Position numbers and translations under genes: made by a program. The notes under the pieces were generated by a model. The model saw only the letters and a program-made list of their open reading frames with translations, was not told where the DNA came from and did no database searches. Below, piece after piece: positions 43,843 through 52,938 of a DNA stretch of 64,000 nucleotides (within the stretch, counting starts at the first letter, position 1; each line of letters begins with the position of its first letter). This DNA is from a bacterium (lineage in GTDB: Bacteria > UBA8248), in NCBI GenBank assembly GCA_965261085.1, contig OZ253442.1:1472001-1536000 (forward strand), in the 5' to 3' direction.

Positions 43843-43973
43843 CGAATGCCTCCTCCTGTATGGTCATCATCGCCGGGATGATTTCTCGTTTTGTATTCCA
43901 TAAACTGATTTTCTCTCGGGTGGCCTCTTTCTTCAATCAAAAGATAGTCTCTGGTGAAGATTCCTCGTATACG

Positions 43974-45023
43974 TCAAACGCCTGATTTATGAGACTCCCG
44001 TCGCTCGGCCGCGCTCAGCACCGGACGGGTGACGACCTCGCCGTTTCGTCTCCTGCTCCAGGCGGGGACCCAGGAGGAGTGCCCGCCGGCCTCGCCTCCC
44101 GCGACGACGATGTAGATGTCATCGGGCTTGAGCGCGTGGCGCACGTTGCCGTAGTCATCGGCGGCGATGGGCTTGTCGAGCTTCCCGGTGCGCAGAAGCT
44201 GGCTCAGGGGAAGCGTCGCGTTTTCAAAGAAATACTCTTGTAATTCTTTTTTCGTGGGAAATTCCTCGGCCAAAAGGTGCGCGTGCTCGGGCGCAAAGAC
44301 GAAAAAGGATTGCCCCTCGCTCATGCTGCCCAGACCCGCCATGGTGGCGGCGGCGGTTTCGGCTATTCCCAGGCCTTTTCCGTAGTGGTTCTGGATGTTG
44401 TGCGGACCCTCTGCGGCGAGGAGCGTCACCGTGCTCGTCTCGGCCTCATAGCCAAGCTCGACGTTCAGCGCCTCCCAGGGGCTGTTTTCCTCCCATTCGG
44501 CGAAGGTGAAGCTGTATTTGCCCGGATTCCCCTGGGTGGAGCGATCCAGAAGGCCCGGCTTCGAGCCCAGGCAGTTGATGATGATGAGCCTGAGCGCGCG
44601 GCCTATCGTCGCACCCGCGCGGTTGCCCGGCCCGTAGATGTTTCCCTGCATGTTGAGGCCTATCTCGCGGCGAATCGGGCCGTTCACGACCATGAAGGGC
44701 GCCGCCCCGCCCGTGCTCGTGGCGCTCGAGTGAATGTTGTAGGCCGGATCGGCCATGGCTTCGAGCGCGGCGAGGATGACCGGCATGTAGGAAGGGAGAC
44801 ACCCCGCCATAATGGCGTTGAGCGCCACTTTTCCGGCCCGGACGGTTCTTTTTCGCTCCGCCAGGTGAAAGACGACGTCATCGGCGTCCAGCCCTGAGGC
44901 CTCCAGGAAGCGCTCCAGGAGTTCGGGCGTCGGAGGAATGACGGGCAAACCGTCCGTCCAGCCTTTCGCATGATACATCTCTATCGCTTCATAGACATCC
45001 GCCGCTTCGCTCACCGCTTCCAT
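43974..45023 (-). CDS. UGSC-associated conserved protein of unknown function
   Basis: GWTDGLPVIPPT, KVALNAIMAGC.P, VNGP, GPGNRA..TIGRALRL, QGNPGKY, EWEE.SPW, VVAGG. Confidence 0.8.
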   Translation of the reverse strand: MEAVSEAADVYEAIEMYHAKGWTDGLPVIPPTPELLERFLEASGLDADDVVFHLAERKRTVRAGKVALNAIMAGCLPSYMPVILAALEAMADPAYNIHSSATSTGGAAPFMVVNGPIRREIGLNMQGNIYGPGNRAGATIGRALRLIIINCLGSKPGLLDRSTQGNPGKYSFTFAEWEENSPWEALNVELGYEAETSTVTLLAAEGPHNIQNHYGKGLGIAETAAATMAGLGSMSEGQSFFVFAPEHAHLLAEEFPTKKELQEYFFENATLPLSQLLRTGKLDKPIAADDYGNVRHALKPDDIYIVVAGGEAGGHSSWVPAWSRRRNGEVVTRPVLSAAERRESHKSGV

Positions 45024-45220
45024 GGGGTCTCCTGTGTTGGTGATGGCTTTTCTCCATGTAGCCGCAGGATATCCCAGAGAGCCGGTTTTGAAAATGCGGG
45101 TTTGCGTCCTTGGCTCCCGGTTTCATAAAGCCTTCGGGGTTGGTATATCATCCGTTCGATATCTCGCATCCAGCCGCCGCCTTCGGGAAGCGCATCTAAA
45201 CGAAGAGGGAATATCCTGCC

Positions 45221-45823
45221 ATGGATTTTGAGTTGATTCGCGCCGTAAACGCCCACTTTCAGCCGTTTTACCCCTATGCGGCGGCGGAGATTCATGCCGA
45301 ATACGGCAGAGACTCGGGCGACGTTCTGGAAATCGGCCCCTACGGCCCCGGCGTGGCGCTCGCCCTGGCTGCACGCTGTCCCGAAATGCGCCTCACATGC
45401 GGGGATGATTCCGAGACCCTGAATGATTACCTAGCCGAGACGATAGCGGAGGCGGGCATGGCTTCGCGCGTTCGCGTGGCGCCGCTCGACAAATACAGCC
45501 TGCCGTTCGAAGCGGCCTCCTTTGATCTGGTTGTCTTTAGGGGCGGACTTTTTTTCTGGGACGAGCAGGAGAGAATCGTCGCCGAGATCAATCGCGTCTT
45601 AAAGCCCGGCGGGATGGGCGCGCACGGCGGCGGCTTTGGTGCGGGCGCATCGGATGAGCTCATCGAATCGCTGCTGCCCGAGGCGCGCGATTTGAACAAC
45701 CGCCTCGGCAAAAAGCGCCTCTCCCGCGCGGATGTTCGACAAGTCGCTGAAAGTGTGGGCCTTACATCATTCCGGATCGCGGCGAAACACGGCCTCTGGC
45801 TCTATTGGGAGAAGGGGGACTAA
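45221..45823 (+). CDS. Class I SAM-dependent methyltransferase
   Basis: VLEIGPYGPG, LPFEAASFDLV, EINRVLKPGG. Confidence 0.85.
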   Translation: MDFELIRAVNAHFQPFYPYAAAEIHAEYGRDSGDVLEIGPYGPGVALALAARCPEMRLTCGDDSETLNDYLAETIAEAGMASRVRVAPLDKYSLPFEAASFDLVVFRGGLFFWDEQERIVAEINRVLKPGGMGAHGGGFGAGASDELIESLLPEARDLNNRLGKKRLSRADVRQVAESVGLTSFRIAAKHGLWLYWEKGD

Positions 45824-45824
45824 A

Positions 45825-46119
45825 GCTTTCCGCACGTTTCGCCTGCGCAATTCCCCGCATTTCCTGTTTTTATGAGGGAGGCGATGCGTCTAATATACAT
45901 CATCGCGCCTCGGGAAAAACCCCCGTCCGGCCCCATTTTTCGCCGATTCAATCTTCAGAAATTTATCGAATAACCCCGTGAATTTATCTATATTTATCGA
46001 ATTTTTCAGAAATTCCTTATTCTCGAACGCGGCGATGCGCTTCGCCACCATACTTCAGTGCGCTTAATATCCCACGACGAAAATGCGGGGAAATGCGTGG
46101 TTAAACGTGAGCGGGAAGC
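45825..46119. repeat. MITE-like element of about 295 bp with imperfect terminal inverted repeats of about 40 bp
   Basis: GCTTTCCGCACGTTT..GCAATTCCCCGCATTT versus AAATGCGGGGAAATGC..AAACGTGAGCGGGAAGC; AT-rich core with repeated TTTATCGAAT and TTCAGAAATT. Confidence 0.55.
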
Positions 46120-46143
46120 GAGCGTTTACGCGCCCCGGGGAGG

Positions 46144-46208
46144 TCAATCGCGACCGATGAGGTCAGGCTTCCCCGAGGAGGGGAAGCCTGCGCCTTTGTC
46201 GCGACTGA
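46144..46208. repeat. Long GC-rich palindrome
   Basis: CAGGCTTCCCC-GAGGA-GGGGAAGCCTG core with outer TCGCGAC/GTCGCGA arms. Confidence 0.7.
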
Positions 46209-46276
46209 GGAAGAAGCGATTGCTGTTTACCGACCAATGCGGGAGGTGTTGCGAAGTTGCGGTTGAGACTAACCCC

Positions 46277-46840
46277 TCACGCCACCTTCAACAAACTCGT
46301 TTTCGTGAACACCGCATCCAGCTCGTAGCCGCGCGCGGCGAGGTTCTCGCGTCCGCCTTCTTCCCTGTCCACGAGGCAGATGACGTGGGCGACTTCGAGG
46401 CCTGCGCCCAGGGCCGCGTCGATGGCCGTGAAGGTGGAAGACGCGGTGGTCACCACGTCCTCGATGATGGCGACCTTCATCCCCGGCTTCAGGTTACCCG
46501 CCCCCTCGATGCGGTTCTGCATCCCGTGGCCCTTCTCGGCCTTCCGTATGATGAAGGCGGGAACGTCTCGGCCACAGAGCGCGGCGGTCATCGAGACGGC
46601 CGTCACCATCGGGTCGGCGCCCAGCGTGGGTCCGCCCACGGCCTGGACGCCGCCGTCCTTGATGCGCTCGAAGATCACCCGGCCCACGAGCCGCGCCCCC
46701 TCCCCGTGTAAGGTCACCTGGCGGCAGTCGACGTAAAAATCGCTCACCTTGCCCGAGGCGAGCGTCACCGTTTTTTTCTCATACGCTTTTTCCAGCAGAA
46801 GCCCTCGCAGAGCTCCCAGGTCCGCATCGTTGCTCGTCAT
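46277..46840 (-). CDS. pyrE: Orotate phosphoribosyltransferase
   Basis: LASGKVSDFYVD, GGPTLGADP, RK..K.HG, IIEDVVTT, VDREEG. Confidence 0.95.
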   Translation of the reverse strand: MTSNDADLGALRGLLLEKAYEKKTVTLASGKVSDFYVDCRQVTLHGEGARLVGRVIFERIKDGGVQAVGGPTLGADPMVTAVSMTAALCGRDVPAFIIRKAEKGHGMQNRIEGAGNLKPGMKVAIIEDVVTTASSTFTAIDAALGAGLEVAHVICLVDREEGGRENLAARGYELDAVFTKTSLLKVA

Positions 46841-46866
46841 GGCGTTGCCTCTATGTATCGATGGAT

Positions 46867-47199
46867 TTATTCGGGCGCGTCTTCGGTGGTCCGAATCTTG
46901 TGGTAGAGGTGGAGGGCGGCTTCCGCGAAGGCCTCGGGCACCATGAGGTGCACCGAACCCAGATTCGTCCGGCTGAAGGCGTAGACGGAACCCGCCGAGT
47001 CGTAGCTCAGGTGCACGGGAATTTGTTCGGCCTCGAGCCTGCCTTTCAGGATCAGGGCCTCCATCTGCCCGCCCACCGTGGCGATGCGCTTAAGATCCGA
47101 TGATCCCTTCACGCCCTCAGGCGTCTTATCGCCCCACACGTTATCGCTCCTCAATCGGGATTCAGAAACCACCGGCCCATGTTCGGGGAAATTCGCCAC
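46867..47199 (-). CDS. DUF2007-like putative signal-transducing protein
   Basis: EALILKGRLEAEQIP...V.LMVPE..AEAA pattern. Confidence 0.65.
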   Translation of the reverse strand: MANFPEHGPVVSESRLRSDNVWGDKTPEGVKGSSDLKRIATVGGQMEALILKGRLEAEQIPVHLSYDSAGSVYAFSRTNLGSVHLMVPEAFAEAALHLYHKIRTTEDAPE

Positions 47200-47291
47200 G
47201 GGCGCAAGGGTAATCCCCCGTCTTCATTCTGATTGATTTCCATACCTCCCCGCCGCCCGCGGTTTCCCGAGGCGCGACGCATGGGGTGGAC

Positions 47292-48180
47292 ATGTGAAAA
47301 ACCGGGCCGCATATATGCGGCCCCTACGGATGGCCTTTTCACAAATGTCTGTAGGGGACGCATACATGCGTCCCTGCTCTTTGTTTCGATCGTCATCTCG
47401 CAATGCTTGTATGCTGGAAGCAGCGGGGAGTTTGGTTGCTATTCCAAAAGAGGCTCTGGATTTCCTATGAAATCATCACGGAACGACGGCTCTGTGTTGC
47501 TCTCCCCGTAGGGGCGGTTCGCGACTTGTGGGACGACCCCGAGGAGGGGTTGTCTCTACGGCGGGTTTGCCTTTTGTCGTCATTCCGGCATACGCCGGAA
47601 TCCAGGCGGACGAGAAATTCATCGGTTCTGGGTTCCGGCATGAAAGCATTGCGGAATGACGAGCACAGGCGGACCGTAGGTGGGCATTAGGGGTCGCCCC
47701 TGTGCAACGCCCTGTCGGCTGATAATCACTCCCCCCTTGAGGGTCAATCCCGATTGAAGAATGAGGGATTGTCGGCAAGACAAGGTCGAAGTCCGAAGTC
47801 GCGCCGGTGGGGGGTCAATCGCGACCGAGAAGGGGTTGTTGAAAAAGACCCCTTTTTAGAGAGTAGAGGGGACACCCCTTTCGACTGGTAAAAGCAACCC
47901 CCCTGTCCCCCCTTGTCAGGGGGCTTTTCTTCCACCCCCTTGTCAGGGGGGCTTTTCTTCCACCCCCTCGTCGGGGGGCATCGCCTTTACCCCCCTGAAA
48001 AGGGGGGACAGGGGGGTTGCTCCCTTGACAAAGGCTTTTTCAACAGCCCCGAGAAGGGAGCGATTGCTCATTTTTAAGTCAGGCAGCCCCTCCCTCCCCG
48101 GTCGGGGCTGACCCCCCACGCATCAGCCTTCGCACAAAACGCTCGGCTTCTCCTACTCCCCCTCAAGGGGGGAGTGGTAG
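47292..48180. repeat. Cluster of REP/palindromic repeat elements
   Basis: GTAG-type REPs (47304-47327, 47351-47376), GTCATTCCGGC..GGAATCC pair (47579-47660), CACTCCCCCCTTGAGGG...CCCCCTCAAGGGGGGAGTG element (47727-48176). Confidence 0.8.
47832..48050. mobile_element. Non-autonomous MITE with TIRs and target-site duplication
   Basis: TIRs GGGGTTGTTGAAAAAG / CTTTTTCAACAGCCCC. Direct repeat GAGAA (extendable to CCGAGAAGG, 47825-47833 and 48049-48057). Internal palindrome and CCCCTTGTCAGGGGG tandem units. Confidence 0.72.
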
Positions 48181-48324
48181 GAGCGGCGGCGGACAGCCAA
48201 TTAAGTCTGTCACTACCAAGTCCATGGATTCATCCTGCAGGTGTGCCGTCTTCTTATCCTCGCTCCCGGTTGGTTTCCTATTCCATGAAATGGTAATTTG
48301 TGCCCAGCAAACGGAGGAAACGTC

Positions 48325-49281
48325 TTGCGCCGGTATTCACTCATCATTCTGGCGGCGGCCCTTGGGCTGCTGGTTCATCCGTGCGGCGATGCCCTGGCCG
48401 GGCCCGCACGGGAAGGAATTACGCCGCGCCCGAATCAGGCGGCCCCGATTCAGTCGGCCAAGCCCGGCGGCCCCACGGCTTCGGCTCCTTTCGTCGTGGT
48501 GATCGACCCCGGACATGGGGGCCGGGATGCGGGGAGTCGCGGCGCGCTGCTTTTAGAGAAGGATTTCGCACTCCGCGCGGCGGGGATGTTGGCCGCGCTC
48601 TTGTCCAGACGCCCCGAGGTGAAGGCGATCCTCACGCGCGAGGCCGACACGGAGATGACCGCCGTGCAGCGCGCCTCGGTGGCGAATTACAACGCCGCCT
48701 CCTTGTTCCTCACCCTGCACGCGGACGCCTCCTGGCGGCCCGGCGCGCGAGGGCCCGTGATCCTGGTGGCCGCGCCCCGCCGTCCGCCGCGCGTGGCGGG
48801 AGAGCCGGCCCAGGCCGTCGCGTTTCGCTGGCAGCGGAGCCAGAACATCCATCTGGCCTCGAACCGCCGCTTCGCCTTAGGAATACAGAGACGCTTCGCC
48901 GCCATACGTCCCGACGAAAAACCCCCGCTCCACATTCTGGCCGTGCGCGATCTCGAAGGCGCGCGCATGCCCGCGGCCTACGTGAGCCTGGGCGTCATCA
49001 GCACGCCCGAGGATGAGGCGCGCTTGAGCGAGACAGGAGAAGAAGACCCCTACCTCACGGCGCTCGCAAAGGAGGTGCTCAAATTCGCGGGCCTCACGGA
49101 AGACCTGCCCCCGAAACCGCCTGCGCCCGTAGAGGCCGCGCCGTCCGATTCATCACAGTCACTTGAGTCGGCGCAACCGCCGGAATCATCCGAATCGCAA
49201 GCCGCGCCGTCTGAATCGCCACAACCCGATGCGAGTGCGCCCGAGGCGCAAAACGCCGCTCCGGCGGGGGAGGGGCGCTAG
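48325..49281 (+). CDS. N-acetylmuramoyl-L-alanine amidase (Amidase_3) family protein, catalytic Glu replaced
   Basis: TTG start with GGAGG SD; signal peptide; VVIDPGHGG.D.G, EK, LHAD; MPAAYVSLG in place of MPAxLxE; Pro/Ser/Glu-rich tail. Confidence 0.82.
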   Translation: MRRYSLIILAAALGLLVHPCGDALAGPAREGITPRPNQAAPIQSAKPGGPTASAPFVVVIDPGHGGRDAGSRGALLLEKDFALRAAGMLAALLSRRPEVKAILTREADTEMTAVQRASVANYNAASLFLTLHADASWRPGARGPVILVAAPRRPPRVAGEPAQAVAFRWQRSQNIHLASNRRFALGIQRRFAAIRPDEKPPLHILAVRDLEGARMPAAYVSLGVISTPEDEARLSETGEEDPYLTALAKEVLKFAGLTEDLPPKPPAPVEAAPSDSSQSLESAQPPESSESQAAPSESPQPDASAPEAQNAAPAGEGR

Positions 49282-49282
49282 G

Positions 49283-50089
49283 GTGTCCAGGAAGATCGCG
49301 CTCGCCGTCTTGGTCATCCTGATTAGCGGAGCGCTCGTGTGGAATTTTCAGGAAGCAGTGCTCGACTTCATGGAGCCGGGCCGCGACGCCGCGCTCGATC
49401 CCGCGCGGCGAAACGCCACGCGCGCGCCGAGCGTGAAGAAGACGCTTTATTTCGCAGGCTCCGAAGAAGACTTGCTGGTTCCCTACCCCGTGGAAGTGGA
49501 GATCGGAAAAGACAACGTCGATACCCTGCACAACGTACTGGCGGCCCTCATCGAGGGACCCAAGGGGGAGGGGTATGCGCCGATCATCCCCAAGGGCGCC
49601 AAGCTGCGCGCCGCGTTTCCGGGGCCCGATGCAATCGCCTACGTCGATTTCGACGAGACCTTCAGGGACGCGCACCCGGGCGGCGCATGGGCGGAGTTGA
49701 TGACCGCCTATGGTGTGGCCAACACCGTCATCAGGAATTTTCCGGATCTCTTCGATCGCGTCGTGCTGCTCATCGGGGGACAGGAGGCGCAGAGCATCGC
49801 CGGTTCGCTCGCCATCACGGGTCCGCTCAGGGCGCGTGAGGAGTTGATATCGAAACGAGCACCCGTCCCCACGGCGGGTGATGCTCCCCCGAGGGCGTCA
49901 AACGAGAAGGCGGTGGGCGACGCGCCCGCGACGGCCACTGGGCAGCCTCCCGCAAGCGCCGTGGGAGTGCCCAAGGAGAACCTTCCGCCGGTGGGCGGCG
50001 CTCCGGTCGGGGCCGTAGGCGTGCCCGAGAAGAAGCAGGACGTGGGCGCGGTGGGCGCACCTACCGGTGAGCCTGAAAATTCGCGTTAA
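49283..50089 (+). CDS. GerMN domain membrane-anchored protein
   Basis: N-terminal TM, TLYF, ALIEGP, AYVDF..F...HPGG..AE...Y.VANT; low-complexity tail with AVG(V/A/D)P repeats. Confidence 0.85.
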   Translation: MSRKIALAVLVILISGALVWNFQEAVLDFMEPGRDAALDPARRNATRAPSVKKTLYFAGSEEDLLVPYPVEVEIGKDNVDTLHNVLAALIEGPKGEGYAPIIPKGAKLRAAFPGPDAIAYVDFDETFRDAHPGGAWAELMTAYGVANTVIRNFPDLFDRVVLLIGGQEAQSIAGSLAITGPLRAREELISKRAPVPTAGDAPPRASNEKAVGDAPATATGQPPASAVGVPKENLPPVGGAPVGAVGVPEKKQDVGAVGAPTGEPENSR

Positions 50090-51459
50090 GCGCACGCCTC
50101 GCGGATTGACTCATCCAGAACGCGCACCATCCAGCTTATCTCCTCGTTCGTCACACAGTAGGGTGGCATCAGGACGACCACGTCGCCTAAGGGCCGCACG
50201 GCGAGGCCGCGCTTTCTCGCCGCCAGGATGACCGCGCGCCCTTTGCGCTCCGCGGGCGTGTAGGGTTCTTTCGTCTCCTTGTCTTTCAGGAGTTCCACGC
50301 CCACCATCCAGCCCAGGCCGCGAACGTCGCCCACGTGGGCCGCGCTTTTCAGTTTTTCGAGTTCGCTCCACAGGTGGGCTATCTTGGGCGCGTTGTTTTC
50401 AATCGTTTTTTCCCGCTCGAAAATATCGAGATTCGCCAGCGCGGCGGCGCAGCCCAGGGGGTTTCCCGTGTAGGAGTGTCCGTGAAAAAACGCGCGGCCC
50501 ATCTCGGGCGGGCCGCGAAAGGCGTCGAATATCTCCTCGGTAGCCAGCGTCGCCGCCAGCGGCAGATAACCGCCCGTGATTCCCTTGGCCACGCACAGGA
50601 TGTCGGGCGCCACGCCTTCGTGCTCGCAGGCGAACATGGGGCCTGTGCGCGCAAAGCCCGTGGCCACCTCATCCGCGATGAGGAGCACGTCGTTATCGGT
50701 ACATGCTTCGCGCACTTTCATTAGAAAGCCGGGTGGTTGAACGATCATCCCCGCCGCCCCCTGCACCATGGGTTCTAGGACCACGGCGGCGAGATGAGGC
50801 GCGTTTTCTGCGATCTGATGCGCCATTTCATCGCCCGCGCAGACGGAGCAAGGCGGCTGCTCGGCCCCCCTCGGGCACCAGAAGCAATAGGGCGCCTCGG
50901 CCCGCATGGTCTGGAACAACAATGGCCCGAAGATGTGGTGAAACAAGTCGATTCCGCCGAGTGATATCGCGCCGACCGTATCGCCGTGGTAGGCGAGGTT
51001 TAACGTCAGGAACCTGTCTTTCTCAGGCTTTGGGGTCTTTCTTTGTTTCTGGAACTGAAAGGCCATCTTGAGCGCGATTTCCACCGCCGTGGCGCCTGAA
51101 TCCGAATAGAAGACGCGGGTGAGGCCCGCCGGTGCGATCTGCGTGAGCTTTTCCGCAAGTTCTATAGCGGCGGGGTTCGCCATGCCCAGTTGGGTGGTGT
51201 GGGCGATCCGCCCAAGCTGCGCGCGAACCGCACTGTCGATCTCTTCTTTTCGGTGTCCGTGGATGTTCACCCACAAAGAAGATACGCCGTCGAGATATCG
51301 CTTGCCCTCCACGTCGATGAGGTATGCCCCCTCGCCGCGCTCGGCGATGAGAGGCGGGTCCTCGCTCTCCCATTCGTCCATGGGGGTGAAGGGATGCCAG
51401 AGATGCCTTCTGTCCGCCGCTATCAAGCGGGCGAGGCGTTCGGCTTCGTCGGTGCTCAT
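50086..51459 (-). CDS. bioA: Adenosylmethionine-8-amino-7-oxononanoate aminotransferase
   Basis: LWHPFT, SSLWVNIHGH, DSGATAVEIALKMA, YHGDT, DEVATGF, AKGITGGYLP, HGHSYTGN, RPLG. Confidence 0.92.
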   Translation of the reverse strand: MSTDEAERLARLIAADRRHLWHPFTPMDEWESEDPPLIAERGEGAYLIDVEGKRYLDGVSSLWVNIHGHRKEEIDSAVRAQLGRIAHTTQLGMANPAAIELAEKLTQIAPAGLTRVFYSDSGATAVEIALKMAFQFQKQRKTPKPEKDRFLTLNLAYHGDTVGAISLGGIDLFHHIFGPLLFQTMRAEAPYCFWCPRGAEQPPCSVCAGDEMAHQIAENAPHLAAVVLEPMVQGAAGMIVQPPGFLMKVREACTDNDVLLIADEVATGFARTGPMFACEHEGVAPDILCVAKGITGGYLPLAATLATEEIFDAFRGPPEMGRAFFHGHSYTGNPLGCAAALANLDIFEREKTIENNAPKIAHLWSELEKLKSAAHVGDVRGLGWMVGVELLKDKETKEPYTPAERKGRAVILAARKRGLAVRPLGDVVVLMPPYCVTNEEISWMVRVLDESIREACA

Positions 51460-52247
51460 GAGGGGCGTTCGGCCAGTATGACTGCTTCTTGCTCATCGAA
51501 GGCGTATTCGCCGTCCTCCTCGCGCGGGTCGAGCCAGTAGGATATCGCGGGCGAGGCGGTTTCGAGATATTCGCGAAGCGCCGCCTTGTCCTCATCCGTG
51601 AGATGGGGGCGCTGCACCCAGTGGGAGAGCACCATCTTCTTCCTCAAGGTCTCGGAATATAGGACGCGAAAGCCCGCGGCTTCCAGCATTTCCACCAGGC
51701 CGGGCAGGCTGTCGCAGCGGTTGTGGCTCGGGTCGCGCCGGCGCTCGAAATCGTTATAACTATCGAGTTCCTTGGGTTCTTCGGGCGCGATGTTGTCGAT
51801 GTAGACGAGCCTGCCCCCAGGTTTGAGCACCCGGAACATCTCGCGCATCGAGGCCTCGACGTCCGTGAAATGATGCGGCGCGATGCGCACCGACACCGAA
51901 TCGAGCGAGCCCGTCTGAACGGAGATGTTCTCGGCGTCAGTTCTGAGATATGAGACGTTCCTGATTCCTTTTTCCTTCCCGAGCCTGCGCGCGGAGTCGA
52001 GCATGCCGCCGGTCAAATCGCTCGCGATGACGTGGCTGCACTTGTCCGCCATCTGGTAGGCCGTGTGACCCGCGCCCGTGGCTATATCGAGATGCACGCC
52101 GCCGCTCGGGTTCAGCACCTCGGCTGCGCGCGCGAGAGAGTTGCTCCGCGCGTGGGGCGCACTGGTGACGTAGTAGTCCGAATCCTGGTTGTATATCTTC
52201 TGTACGGCCTCTCGCTGTTCCCTGGACGTGTCCATTCTGCCCCTCAT
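51456..52247 (-). CDS. Class I SAM-dependent methyltransferase
   Basis: LDIATGAGHT, DLT..ML, DAE, RIAPHHF, RDPSH; stop overlaps the bioA start. Confidence 0.88.
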   Translation of the reverse strand: MRGRMDTSREQREAVQKIYNQDSDYYVTSAPHARSNSLARAAEVLNPSGGVHLDIATGAGHTAYQMADKCSHVIASDLTGGMLDSARRLGKEKGIRNVSYLRTDAENISVQTGSLDSVSVRIAPHHFTDVEASMREMFRVLKPGGRLVYIDNIAPEEPKELDSYNDFERRRDPSHNRCDSLPGLVEMLEAAGFRVLYSETLRKKMVLSHWVQRPHLTDEDKAALREYLETASPAISYWLDPREEDGEYAFDEQEAVILAERPS

Positions 52248-52311
52248 CGTAAGTTGGAAATCGGTCTGCGGGGGGGAGTATTTCCCGAAAATCGGTTTTG
52301 GGGCAAGCGGC

Positions 52312-52938
52312 CTAGAGGGTTCTCAAAACCGCGCGGGCGGGCGCGCCGTCGCGTCCCGTGAACAGGGCGGGCAGGGCGATGAGCTCGTAATCGCCCTCGG
52401 GCGCATCGCTAAGATTCAAGCCTTCGAGCAGGACGACGCCTAAGGGCATCAGCAGCCGATGCACGGGCGCGTCGCCCTCAGGCGGATCCACGGAGAGGTA
52501 ATCCACGCCCAGGAGAGTCATTCCGTTATCGAGCAGAAGCTGCGCGGCTTCCGGCGTCATATGGCGAAAATGGGGGTCGAATGGCTTCTCCCACCATTTT
52601 CCCTCTGAGTTGCGCGTCTTGATGAGAAAGCGCGTAGCGCCCTCCAGATTTTTCGCCGAGAGTTCTTCCGCCGTGATGCACTCGTGGTTTTCTATCGCGA
52701 TCACCCGGGCGGGGCCCATGAGGGTGTCCAGGGAGAGCGCCTCCACACCGCCCTCGCCGGGCAGGAAGTGGATGGGCGCGTCCACGTGAGTGCCCGTATG
52801 CAGACATAGGCTCGCCTCGGTCAGGCAGACCGGATCCCCCGCCTCGAAAGAAGCGTGAAAGCGCAGCTTTGGTTCCGGATCCCCGGGCCAGAGGGGCATT
52901 CCCTCGCGTATAGGGACGCTGATGTCGATGATGGCCAT
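52312..52938 (-). CDS. Cyclase family (KynB-like) metal hydrolase, copy 1
   Basis: IIDIS, WPGDP, HTGTHVDAP.H, GVD..SVD, VH, LEGLNL, DGAPARAVL; ATG at 52938 with GGAGG SD. Confidence 0.9.
   Translation of the reverse strand: MAIIDISVPIREGMPLWPGDPEPKLRFHASFEAGDPVCLTEASLCLHTGTHVDAPIHFLPGEGGVEALSLDTLMGPARVIAIENHECITAEELSAKNLEGATRFLIKTRNSEGKWWEKPFDPHFRHMTPEAAQLLLDNGMTLLGVDYLSVDPPEGDAPVHRLLMPLGVVLLEGLNLSDAPEGDYELIALPALFTGRDGAPARAVLRTL

Noticed and set aside
47151-47935. Short ORFs across the repeat cluster
   Set aside because: They are translations of palindromic repeats with no protein-like features.
47890-48025. CRISPR array
   Set aside because: Only three short units, two identical linkers instead of unique spacers, and no cas genes.
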